Source: Lytechinus pictus
Taxonomy: Eukaryota
Direction of reading: 5' to 3'
Length of the DNA stretch: 60,000 nt
Assembly (NCBI RefSeq): GCF_037042905.1
Contig: NC_087251.1
Span: 9,798,001-9,858,000 of the forward strand
Position numbers and translations under genes: made by a program. The notes under the pieces were generated by a model. It was not told the DNA's origin. It saw only the letters and a program-made list of their open reading frames with translations, and did no database searches. Below, one piece after another: positions 24,501-36,669 of the stretch; within the stretch, counting starts at the first letter, position 1, and the number at the start of each line of letters is the position of its first letter.

Positions 24501-27500
24501 GATATTGGTGATTATATTGGCGACTAAAACTTATACATTTGGTTGGTGAGTCTCACTAAATTTTATGAGTTTTTGTGACAGGAAAGTGGTGAATCAGTGT
24601 CCACGGATACCCGAAAAATTAAAACCGTTATCCGTCCACGCGGGCGGAAACCGTTCGGATATCCGTTTGGTGGCAGCACTAACAGGCACAATTGGTTTTT
24701 TTAATCTTGTCAATTTGTAAAGGGTCCTAGCTAGGCTGAAGCTGCGCACCACTAATGCGCATGCAAATTTAATTGCAATGTCAATGGCAAAATGCGCACT
24801 CACGACTTGGTATGTGGAACTGTGACCGCAGAGTGATGAACAATTCCTATTCAACTTTTTTTACAGAGGCTGCAATAAATCATTAAATGCAGAGAAAACC
24901 AGCAACTGTTTGCAATTTTGGAATTAGACCCTATATTCACTTTAAGTTTAATTTTATATTTTCCTATAATAATATGAGCATATTTGAAAAATTGAGGCAT
25001 AGGAAATTTATTTCTTTGCATGATGTATCGGGTGCGTAGCTTTTTAGGACCCCTTCTATATTGGGTGGTGAAATCAAGAAGTGTTCAGAAAACACGGCAG
25101 GATTTTCGTATTAGCAGATTTTGTGATATTTTCTTCTTGGTTCGGGATCTTTAGAATATTTGCCACAAATTTAATGAATGACCATTTGTTCAAATATTGA
25201 AACTGGCATAGTTTTTATCGTTTGTAAACAAAGTGCGTAGCTTTAGATTGCCCCCCCCCCCCCCATCATACATGCAATGGTCCATACTGCACTGGTGAGT
25301 GGGGCCATGATTCTTGAATGGTGGTGAAATAAAATTGCTTGGATTGGAATGGAATGAGGAAGCATGCAAACAAGCGGCTGCTAAAGCACTACATTTGTGG
25401 TTCCCGATTTCACGATAATACTGTACCTAAAAACGGTGACAAAAACAATTGTACTTTGCACATTGTTGCTCTTAATATTGGTTTTTATCACAGTAAAAGA
25501 ACATAATTTTTAAAAAAATGTAGAGATTGGGTGGTCCTTTTCAGGACCAACACTTGCCCAAGAAAGATACAGGGTGTACCGTGAAACCTACTACATGCTA
25601 CACTAAAAAATATATTGTTTCCAACCAGAATTTGTAATCAAATGAAAGCTGGTGTCAAATTGATCAAAACGATTTAAAAAGTGCTTTGTCACAGTCCAAT
25701 AAGCGAAACTACATTTATTAATACTGTTGTACTAGAATTCAATTGTGTTTCCATCGTAATAAATTAACCATTGTACACATTGTAAAACCCAAACAATAGA
25801 ACCATTTTCTGATACATAAGTTTTATCTGTTGAATCATATTCGTCTGCATGTCCAAAGCCATAAATAGAGATATCACTGACTTTTCAAATTAAAAGTTAG
25901 ATAAAAGCTAGTTAGATAATAGCTAGAAGAAAAGCCCTTACTGCACACTTCCCATTTCCATTTGTAACAATTGTTTTTTGTGCACAAAGTGCAGGTACAA
26001 CTGAAATGGAGTCTTAACACCAAAATGTTTGATTTCCAAATGTTTTAGAAAATACATGTTTTCTCTTGGTCTAAATTGAAAGGGGTACTCCAGGCTGAAA
26101 ATGATATGATTTTCACTATAAAGAAAAATCAGACAAAAAAAAACATTGAAAATTTGATCAAAATCAGACAAGGAATAACAAAGTTATGGCATTTGAAATA
26201 TTTGTATTATTCTGGTGAAACAGTTCTAGGTATGTCTTCATGAATATTAAATGAGCAAACTGATTATGTCATATCCCCACTTGTTCTTTGTGTTTTATTA
26301 TATGAAATTAGGTTTATTGAATTTTATCTTTCAAGAACTAACAAAAATTGGAATCACAACTGATTTAGTGCATTAGATATTCATTGCTGCAACTATTTCA
26401 TTACAAGGGAGGCATATTATTCACACATGTATGTTTGAAAAAATGAAACAATTATGATTTCATGTAGTAACATAAGAAAAGGGAAAGTGGTGATGTGACA
26501 TCATCAGCCCAACTAATGAATATTTATGACAGCGTGTGTATTACTGTAATACTGTTTTCACAATATATTGCTAAATTTTAAAATTCAATAATTTTGCTAG
26601 TAGTATTATCAGGTTTTGATGAAATTTTCAGCATTTTGCTCTGATTTATTTAGATATATTTTCAGCCCGGAGTACCCCTTTTAAGAATTAGTGATTAAAT
26701 CAAAGCCTGGTAATGGTATTTGATCTATGGAATAAATGTAAAGAATTTATAGATTGTGGAAATCATTGAGTTCTGAGTTGTTAAGCAGTTTCGAGCTCAA
26801 GCTTCCAGCAAACCAATACAGTGAATTTGAGACAACCATCAACCTTGTAACATCCAAAATGTCTTGATAAAGTGTATTGTAGCTTGTGTTGGTCTAAACA
26901 AAATTATTTAGGGACAAGGTGAAAATGCCCGCTAACACCTACATGTAACACCACCATCTGTAATTGTTATTGTATCAACACATGACAGTGTTTGACACAT
27001 GAATGTAGGTGCTTGGGATGTTTCAGTTGTCTTACATTACCAGCTCCTATGTGCATGCACCAGGTATGCAGATTGGTGTTTAACATACAATTTTTTCCAC
27101 AGTAACTTGCATTGAAATAGAGTTATTTATGATAAATATGTTATTAAAGTTTGTTATTACAGTATGGTTAAAACTTTGATGGAACAATTGGCAACTGATT
27201 CTATATTTTCTATTTGTTTGAGTGAAATAAAAACAAAGGCTAACGTTATAGAGAATAAGCTCATATCTTTTTTACGAACCAAAATCATTCAAGTAGATAT
27301 CGGGTTAAAAGTACTCGTCCATCAGCCATAACCGCTTTGTATTTGATATATTTTTTATTGACAAGATATTTTCTATTCTTTTGATATTTCAGCCGTGTAT
27401 GTGGCAACAGGCATGGACTGATCCGCAAATATTTCCTCTACATTTGCAGACAATGCTTCAGGCAGTATGCCAAGGATATTGGATTTGAAAAGGTATTTTT

Positions 27501-28082
27501 TTTAGCATTAAATAAAAGTCATTTCAGTGAGTTATAACTGTTAGTCTCACTAATAAAACATTCCTACTTTTCCATTAGAATTCTGTGTACATGTATGCTG
27601 ATTCTACTGAGAAAATATTCAACATATTTTTAATTTTTCAATGCTCAGAATTTTAAAAAATTGACTGTTACATGGTTCTTCCACAAACTGCACAACCAAC
27701 AATCATTTTGATAAATGGTTTAATACACGTTTTAGTGATTTCAACTTCATGTATGTTAACTCATATAGTAGTCTAGTCAGAGTACTGTACTTTACATTCT
27801 ATTGCTATTGAAGTGAATATATTGAGATTCCTTGCTTGAAGATGAAGTCAATGGTTCCAATCTTGTTACGATTAATTAACAATGTTGTAAAAGTGAAGTG
27901 ATTATGTTGAGATTTCTTGCTTGAAGATGAAGTCAATGGTTCCAATCTTGTTATGATTAATTAACAATGTTGTAAAAGTGAAGTGATTATGTTGATAGGA
28001 CTGTACACCTGCTGTATCAAGAGGACTCTCTGTAGATTGCTAAATGCATTTATTTTTGCTTATTTTGCGACAGATGGACTAA
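21450..28082 (+). CDS. RPS29: 40S ribosomal protein S29 (uS14), 3 coding exons join(21450..21511,27393..27492,28074..28082), 56 aa
   Basis: Spliced translation [56 protein letters not shown] has the uS14 CxxC...CxxC zinc finger. Introns are GT-AG with compatible phases, and the ATG context is good (gccatcATGG). Confidence 0.97.
22252..22872. mobile_element. hAT-like MITE in RPS29 intron 1
   Basis: TAGGGAGTTC(G/T)GTGA inverted ends, internal ~185-bp duplication. Confidence 0.65.
23627..24229. mobile_element. Palindromic TTAA-flanked MITE (Kolobok-like)
   Basis: ttaa|AGGACAAGTCCACCCCAACAAAA...TTTTGTTGGGGTGGACTTGACCT|ttaa with long TIRs. Confidence 0.85.
26081..26679. mobile_element. Palindromic Kolobok-like MITE
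   Basis: AGGGGTACTCC(A/G)GGCTGAAAAT inverted ends, interior related to 23627-24229. Confidence 0.8.
27393..27492 (+). CDS. RPS29: RPS29 coding exon 2
   Basis: ttcag acceptor, (C)[33 protein letters not shown], donor gtattt. Confidence 0.96.
27810..27995 (+). repeat. 85-bp tandem duplication in RPS29 intron 2
   Basis: About 2.2 copies starting gaagtga at 27810, 27895 and 27980. Confidence 0.85.
28074..28082 (+). CDS. RPS29: RPS29 coding exon 3 (MD*) followed by 3' UTR
   Basis: gacag|ATG GAC TAA completes the expected 56-aa protein. The first ATTAAA lies near 28362. Confidence 0.85.
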   Translation: MD

Positions 28083-28978
28083 TTTTGGAAGCAGTCATCA
28101 ACTCATTGCACCACCTTCAGATGGATGTGATATTGTTGCTCTGTAATCATCAACAGCATGAGTTCCATCCTGTCAGGGGTTGTGGCATTGCTCTATCCTG
28201 TAATACCAAACAATGGATGATGGCTGGATCAAGTTCATAAGGATCATATCAACATGACTAATGGAGATGAAATGTGGTTTATTCACAGGACATTTACAAA
28301 CTGAACCCAGCTTAATGGAACGTCATGTTTGGCATATCAATTTGAAGATGATGCATTGATGATTAAAAATGAAAACAAAACAGAATTGTTTCTTTTTCCA
28401 CTTATACCTTTTTGTACGTTTTGTTTTTCGAAAAGGAACACATTTATCATGGCTTATTCAAGTTCATGGCTAGGAAATGTTTTAATGTAGTAATCCATCC
28501 CTGGAAGAACTACCAGAGTGAAAATTGTTTGATAATCATATATTTTATTTCTTTCATGTTGGCCTATTGTAGAAATAGTTGCATTTAAATGCAATTAAAA
28601 TAAGACATAAATCTAGTCTCCCAAACATACTTAATGTTTGTTGAAAATTGGGTTAAAATTTGATTTTTAAGTTTCTTTTAATCCATATACTTTGTACATT
28701 CTGTTCATACAGTATGTAGGCTTGAGAAATGTGTTCTTTTTCACTTTGTATTTACAGTGTTCAACAGAGCAGAGAAACATTCCAATTTAGAAACCTTGTT
28801 CAGAAGGTTTTAGGTATAGGCAATACCATGAAATGTACATGACACTTTAGTTTCAAAGCCTAACACATTTAAAATTATGGTATTCAAACAGTTCTTGCCA
28901 AATGTTTCGGACAGATGGACACCATTAAGTTGCAAAATTTATTTAGAAAATTTATTATTTGTAGATAAAATACACTTA

Positions 28979-29458
28979 TATGCTTTTCACATTGCATTTC
29001 CTTAACCCCATACTATCCTTAACCCCATACTTTCTTTTTTTGGATTCACACTGTCTTTCTTAACCCCATACTATCTGCTTAGCCGGGGTTAACGCCTTAA
29101 CCCTGGACTATCCCACAGCTCATGAATATTGATGACTTTACCATACAGAGCGTGAATAACATGCAATTTCGACTTCTGTGATTGGCTATTGCTTAGCCCC
29201 ACTTTTCCTTGGCCCAGTTTCGTTTCACACTGCATCTCTTAGCACCGCAATTGTGGTGCTAGCACCACAATAAGCCGGCTAACCCTGCTTTTTTGCAGGG
29301 CCAGATAGTACCGTACTATTTATCGTGCAAGCCCACTTTGCTAAAACGTAGTGTGAAAACGAAGTGGGCTGAGCTTAACCCCGGGAAATTGGTGGGGCTA
29401 AGGCCCCCCCCCCCTTAGCCCCACCAATTTGGAAAAAAAGTACAGTGTGAAAAGCATA
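28979..29458. mobile_element. PIF/Harbinger-like (Tourist) MITE
   Basis: TATGCTTTTCACA TIRs with TTA on both flanks. Confidence 0.8.
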
Positions 29459-29729
29459 TTATAGTAACATGTAATGGTCCAGCATTATTGTGTCTGCGAC
29501 ATAAATGTATTTTTCTTCACATCTCTTCAATAACATGTATTTAAATTCATTGTTTATGTAAATGAATGTCCGATAAACTCAGCAAGACCTGTTTGAATAC
29601 TGTAAACTTGAAGTGTGAAGCTTTTCAACTGAAAGCCATTTTCATAAGCTGGGATTGCCTATTTAAAAATGAAAGTATGTGGCAAGGTTTGACGAATAGG
29701 TGTATTTGTTGATGAATTGGTTACATTGT

Positions 29730-29943
29730 GGGAGGCGCGATAGCTCAGTCGGGAGAGCGGGGGATTCGTATTCCGGTAACCCGTGTTCGATTCCCACTTG
29801 GTGCGTTAGTGCCCTTTGGTAAGGCATTAATCCTCAGTACCAGGTCCTTCGGAGAGGACCTTAAGCCGTCGGTCCTCTGGTTGCTTACAAGCATTCATAC
29901 TTCCTTAGCAATCAGGTAAAAAAATCACCACCAACCAACCAAC
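29730..29943 (+). mobile_element. tRNA-derived SINE
   Basis: A box TAGCTCAGTCGG, B box GTTCGATTCCC, central ccctttggtaaggca, RTE-type ggaccttaagccgtcggtcc segment, (CCAA)n tail. Confidence 0.8.
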
Positions 29944-32687
29944 ATGATGTGACAGATTTAATTGTGAGGGTGATTCTTCAATTGGTTTGTGAAGATTGCA
30001 GGTAAAACTCATCACATAAGTACATGTAAGCTTTTTGTCTTGTGAATGGTTGTGCCCCTTTCCTGTCATTTGATATAAGAAAAAATTATGAGGAAAACAA
30101 ATTTATTTGATAACTTGATAATTTGTTTTTTCCAATAAAGCTTCTACAACCATGCCAAATGAAACAAAATCCCATTAGAAAAAATAATGTTGCAGGATTG
30201 ACAAACTTGTCACTCAACATTTTGAGAAAAGGACTTAACTTTTTTAAATGATTTGCTTTTATGCTTGGTGGTGTGAATATGTATTGTGTGGGTGTGATGT
30301 TTGTATTCTGTTGCAGGGGAAGTTCACCCTGAGGACAATCCAACGTTTTGTTGAATGTTTTATGAAACTATCAAAGAATAAGAGTTTAAATAAGAAATTT
30401 AAGATTAGGATTTTTGACATCTTCTGCAAGCAGCTTCCTCATGTCAAGAAAAATCAATTCTAAAAATGTTTAACTTTTTTTTTTAATGGTTTATGATAAC
30501 AGATTTTTTTCTCATGCATGATCAATATAATCATAATGGATGCACATTTTAAACCAGTTTATTTTTTGTATCTGACAAAGCTGCTCACATGCGACAACAC
30601 CAATTTAAAAACTATTGTCAGCTCTGTATCTTGATTATTCTTTGATGGATATTCATCAAACCACCATATTTATATATTTTTTTTCCTGCTTGTATTAACG
30701 CAAACTATGTAACTTCCATTTTAAGGTTGAAAGTCTTTATTCAAACCTTTTGTGTCATTTTAAGTATTCTTGGACCTTTATGGTACATTGATCTTTCAAT
30801 TGTGTTCTTTCTTGAGACAGATCCAGCTTAAAGGGAAAGCCCGCCCTGATGATAAGAATGTTTTAGTAAATGCAGAAAAATAAGAGAAAATAATGGTGAA
30901 GGTTTGAGAATGAAAACCCTTGAAACCAGTAGCATTCACTTAAAAAAAATCAAAAGAAACTTTTCAGGAAGACTGAATTTATAATAAGAAAGTTATTAGA
31001 GTTTGTGATCATTAATGCTATTGGCATGTGACCAAGATCTGGATGTCGCACATTACAACTTACCATTACTTCAGTGCATATTTTCTTTTATCTAGTCTCT
31101 CAACATTGGGTGTTCTTTTATTAAAGGACATGTAAATGTTTCACAACATGATATCATAGATGAATAATGTTTGTCATACCATTGGAATGAGCAAAAAAAA
31201 AGATATTTTGGGGGTTTTGTCAGTGCCAAAAGGGGAGAGTTGTACAAGTATGACAAAACAGATCTTGATCTCATTGCCAATGGAGGATTTCCATAGCATT
31301 AATGATCTTAACATTCAAATGCTCATAACTTTCTTATTACTTGTCCAAGAGTAAAACTTTGGTTGACCTTGATGTTTCATTCACACAAGCTAACTCCAAT
31401 TTATCATCCTTTAATTTGTGATGACTGCCGGATGTCTGAGAACAAAAATAGGTCAAAGGTCTACACCATTTGCAGAACCTCCTGAATATCCAAGAGATAT
31501 GACCCAGTACTTGGACCTGTGCATTAGTTTGAAGATTTGAATACAAGTGCAGGCCACAAACATGCACTGCCTTTTGTATTCTAGTGTCGAGTTCTTTCAC
31601 AGTTTGGGGAAGTGAGGGATGTTCCAGTTCGATTTTTTTTAAATAAAATACAAATCGACATTCATAATTCCAGAAACATTGCTAAAAGGTTCCCTCGGAT
31701 CGAAACGTGTCTATCGCTATCCAGTCTTCATTCTTCAGGATTTTGATTTGTTAAAAATAGATTTCTCATAATCAAGATGCTCTTTTAATTGTTCCACGCA
31801 GCAAGTCAACTCTGATGCAATCATTTGAAACTTCACTTTATAGCATACTAGAATTTCACAGGGTAAAAAAAGAAAAGAATTTGATAAGGGTAGGGAGGGG
31901 ATGGTGATAGTGGGTCATGGGATGAGGGTGATGAGTGGTAGTAACCATACTATCCCAAAGGGCAAGGTTTCACATTGACTGGCAGAATTCTAATGAATTG
32001 TCTGAATCTGACAGGCCATGTCAAGGGCAACGTCGAGAGGGGCAGGGGGCGACCATCCTATGATTTTTCAAGTAGTGAAGATGAATAAGAGAAAAATGAT
32101 TAAAAGAAAAAAGGAGAAACAGGAATATTAAAAAGGGAAGAAGCCAAGAAGGGAATTATAATGAGTAATTTACAACCTCGTCCCCTATTATTAAATTTCG
32201 AAAACATCACGTTTCAGCCCCCCCCCCCCAAAAAAAAAAACATCTATAGGGCTTATTAATAAACTGGCGCCCCCCCCCCCCCCCGAGCTATATTACAACT
32301 AAAAAAAGTATTCTACCAGTTTGCTGTAACTCGGAGTAGGATTGCGTAAGCCAATTCAGCTATTTAATCAAGAGAGGGCGTGTACACTTAGTTTAGTCAC
32401 AGAGATACGATCTTACGTATAAGCTCCCGAAGGGAGCTAGAGATCGAGAGGGAACTCTTTCCGCGCGTTTTTATTTCCCATAGGTTTTGTACATAGCCAA
32501 CATGGCTGCCGGCGGACAATTTGAAGGTTGATTTTGGAGGGTCAATGTTTTATTCATGAGAATGACGTCAAAATACGCATAATGCACTTGTATGATTGGA
32601 TTAAACGCTAATGTTTTATTCATGTTCTCATGCATTAAACATTTTTTTCCGTCCCACAATTCCCTACGATATCTGTGCGAAGTGTCG

Positions 32688-35370
32688 TTCTTTTGGACTC
32701 TGCGAATTTGAAGTTTCTGAAACGAAATAGCTAGACTAATTATCTGTTTATAGAATTGATGTTCGAAATCATGGTTTCTGAGTGAACTTCATTGGAGCGG
32801 AAAATCTTGGAGGGAACATCAATACTATTCTAATGACATTCCATAGGAATAAAAGTAAGTTACGCTCATTTTCATGTTTTGATCTCACTTGCAAATTGTA
32901 ATGTGTTTGCCGGGGTTCGGGGCTCATCCTGTATTACGCACTATGTAAACCTCAATTTCAATATTTCTTTTGCCTGACTTCCAAATAAGTGTACGTGTGA
33001 TCATTGAGTTTCTCAAAAATACTATATCTAGGACTAGCCTAGGGGTCTATAGACTATAGTTTGTCGTAGATCTAGACATTCATCGGAATGCTTCATGTAG
33101 GTCCAAAGTAAACCTTTATTTCAGTTTTATTGTGATTAGACAATTATCAGGGGTAGATGTGGACTTGTTTCCGACCTCCTGTTTTTTAGTAACGACAAAC
33201 TGTCGATTTTAGGCCTATTCAAATTTAGGTCAATGTAGGGATATGGTCAGAGCGGGATCCGGCCTTTGATATCGCCGGTGCTAGCCGGCTAGCGAGATTG
33301 TCGATGTAGTCATGGGGTATGAAAATAGCGGGGACGGACTAGGCCCAAACTTCAAGCTTGAAAGTTGAAGTTTAGGCCTAGTCCGTCCCCTCTATTTCAT
33401 CTTCATATGAATAAGTATAATTCTCAGCAGTTTCTTTTATTCAGGAACGCTTTACTTCAGAATAATCAGTGTTGAAATACGATTGACTTAGCATTAATGT
33501 CTGTTATGTTAAGTGTTACTTGTCTTAGTCTTAGATTTGAATGAAATGGCGTAGCCTACCCTAGACCTAAATCAAGTCTATTTGAACAGGATACCCTGGG
33601 CCCGGCCTGGGGTGGTAATTTGAAAACGTTCTTAGTGTTTACTTCATTCAAATGTGATGTGATTCTTAAGTTATACAGGCCCAGCATAGACCAGATTCAG
33701 CTATATACAGCTGTAGAAATATGTGGTTGGAATCATTTTACTTTTATAAACAGAGTGAGGTAAGCCTATATGCCTCTATGTGATAGAGAATGAAGTTTCG
33801 GGTCCAGATAACTTTTTTGTTCTAGTTTGGAATATTCATTCATAGACCTGGGATATGGGCAGCTAGAAATTTTTAAAAATATTGTTTAAGAAGAGTAATT
33901 TTATTTATCTCTAAAACTCTCAAATCTAAATTGTCAATTGCAGATCCAATGGGACCAAGTTCTTAGCAGCTCACACCTAGTCAGAAGTACAAAATTGAGA
34001 ACCATGCCGATCAGCAAGTGTTAGTTACAATCTAATGAGGAACAGGATATCTGAATGGAAAAATTGCAAGGTATGCTTACTGTTTTGATAATATACAGGC
34101 TGTATCTAAGCTCATCACCCCCCCCCCCAAAAAAAAAAAAAAAAAAATAAATAAAACCAAATAAATGAATATTTCCCCTTTTTTGGGAGGGGGTGGGCTA
34201 TGGCCAATTGTGCTGAAACATGATGCGATATCATGTAATGTTAAAGTTCCATTGTGAGTTAATATTTGTTTGAATTCAGATTCACCAGTATTTCCATTTC
34301 TAACACTGCATACTAATTATCCATATCTCCTGTCTATACATGCATTTGCATAAAAAACCCAAGATATTAACAGTTATCACAAAATTCTGATAAATATTTG
34401 AATTAATTTGCACTCTTTATTTTCGAAACATACTGTAGATAGTTATATTGATATATGAATTTATCTGGATGTGGGACGAAAGTGACTGCATGTGCTAAAC
34501 TTGTTTTATCACTGAAGATATAAAATAGAGTTTACATCTTTTTTTTTACTAAACTGGACTAGATGAGTAAAAATAATTTACAGCTTATTATGTTCTTTTC
34601 TCTTTTTTACCATGCAGGTTTCCCACTTCCTAAGCTGTTTAAGTACTGGTATCACAACATAAGTGCCAAGAAGAGATATGAAACGGTCTCAAAATTTTTG
34701 CTGGTGCCCCCCTCGATGCCGTGACCCACGGTACGCCACTGCAAGTCTTCATAAATTATGTAGGGTTATTAAGTTGCATTTATTGTTATCTTCATTTAAA
34801 AAAAATGTGAAATGGGTTACCACTGCAATAATATATAAATAGACTATATTTCAAAAATAGATTGAATTCTAACCACAGTGACAGTAGACAAATCAAATTT
34901 TGTTAATGATTCGCTAATGTATTGATTGGGGAAGGCACTCTTTAGGATTCTGGCATTGTGTCCCCCCCCCCTTATGAGGAGTGCTCTCACATCAGTAGAC
35001 TATTTCTTGTCAGCAAATTTGAAAGGAATTTACCAATTTTTTTGAGTGGCAAACTTTTGTGGAAGAAAATAAACGAATATCAAAGGTTTTTATGCTCTTT
35101 TATGGAATATTAACTATAGGCTCATCGAGATCCTTTGAATGAAATTTTAACAAACATTGTGCAATGTAGAAAAATGTACTTAATCCTATTTTTGTACATT
35201 TATATACCCACCCCATACTACCCTTACCCAGTAACAGCCATTTTTAGCTATGCATTGCCTTCACTTTTTAAAATACAATTTAATGCTTGGTAGATGCTAA
35301 TTATTATTTTTATGTTAATGTCAATGTTTTAGAAAATGGATTCCTTAATAAACATGTTAATTTTGAATTG
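32688..35370 (+). ncRNA. Candidate spliced long non-coding transcript: exons ~32688-32854, 33754-33759, 33944-34070, 34618-~35370
   Basis: CpG-rich upstream region, TCT-like ttcttttg start, donors gtaagt/gtaagc/gtatgc, pyrimidine-tract acceptors, AATAAA at 35347, no convincing ORF. Confidence 0.4.
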
Positions 35371-36499
35371 AATTTTTTTATCTTGGTAATTTTCATTTAT
35401 CAATTAATTGTGATGATGTATTGCTTCTGAGCTGTTATGCACAAATGGCACAAGATGTTGCACTGTACTGAAATGTGATGATGCCACTGTTACATGAGAT
35501 CAAACAGCAGTCAATTAAAATATTATTCAAGAAAAATAAGGATAAGAATGGGAAAGAAAGTAAATGACAGGAGAATTATTTGCTTGTATGCATATAGTTA
35601 TGTCAGTTTCTGAGAGAGAGAGAGACAGACAGAAAGAGAGAGAGATTGGGGGGGGGGGGTGAAAGTTCAGTTTGTTTTGAAAGAAGCAATTATAAGACCT
35701 TACTGTTCATAACGGGGGGGGGGGGGCTAATTATTTCTCCAAATTTTTTAAACCTGCATATAAAATTCATTTTTTCTTTCCAAATGAAAATTACACCAGA
35801 TTCATTTTCAGTTGAAAATAAAAAAAAAAATAGCCTACGATCGGTTTGCTCTCTTGCCTATTTAATTTTGAGAACCCCCTCCCCCCTAAAATATGGTATA
35901 TACCTAGGTCATGATTATTGATGTTTGACATAGAAGTCGCCATTTAAAATTAAGTGCTCCGAGGACTGCTATTCATAATAGGACTTATATTGGAGACTAC
36001 AATTATGGAAAAGAATTTGATTTGTTATTATCTTTGTTTATATTATGAAAAGAGGTTCATTTCGTTTTCTGCAATAAAAAGAAAAAAGGGTTCCAGAAAC
36101 TTAAAGAGATGTCATCGTATATGGCAACATTTTCTTTGGGAACCTCCTCTGTAATATTTTTTAGCAAAGATCCTGGCCATTTGCAGCTAAAACAAAGCAA
36201 AGATACAGTAATAATCGTAACAAGCAATAACAAATAGATCATTAAAATAGATGAATAATAAAACTCTGAGGAGGAAAAAAACGAATGCTCTGACATGATG
36301 TAATCACTGACAGACACCATAAACGATATTAATCAGGTCGCGCATTATGCTAATTAGTGACAAAATACTAATTTACATATTTTTACGCTATGCGCGAAGG
36401 ACGTTCCGTGACCACGCCTTCATTTCGCTGGTGTACCAAAACAGTGGCGGTGTCCATAGGCTTGTATACGAAAAATGGGAGCAGTGTGCACTTTTGACC

Positions 36500-36629
36500 C
36501 TCCGAAATTTTCTTCAATTCTGACCGGATGCAGAAGCGGAGTTTCACCCCCAGTGTCTACAAATTCCGGTACACGTGAAGGACGAGGACCGAGCATAATT
36601 CTTGCTTTTTCAAATTAATACCTTTGAAA
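36500..36629 (+). promoter_or_regulatory. Putative EPRS promoter/5' UTR (CpG-rich, with ETS-like TTCCGG next to E-box CACGTG)
   Basis: Local CpG enrichment and ttccggtacacgtg at ~36564-36577, just upstream of exon 1. Confidence 0.5.
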
Positions 36630-36669
36630 ATGCTACCACTAGTTTCAAACACTTCTAATCCACCTATTG
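36630..36669 (+). CDS. EPRS: EPRS exon 1 ([13 protein letters not shown])
   Basis: gaaaATG, donor gtaagt, phase 1 matches exon 2, resembles the EPRS N-terminus (..PPL-ALL). Confidence 0.8.

Noticed and set aside
26983..27092. H/ACA snoRNA in RPS29 intron 1 (ACATTA H-box, two weak hairpins, ACA)
   Set aside because: The first hairpin is weak and the pocket-to-box spacing is off. Not supportable without a covariance-model search.
29733..29803. tRNA gene (also 54043-54115)
   Set aside because: A and B boxes are present, but there is no proper cloverleaf or acceptor stem and the sequence continues into a SINE body.
35410..35475. C/D box snoRNA (GTGATGA...CTGA...CTGA), with a similar motif at 43327-43386
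   Set aside because: No convincing terminal stem or rRNA-complementary guide recognised. Such boxes occur by chance. A snoscan/Infernal run would settle it.
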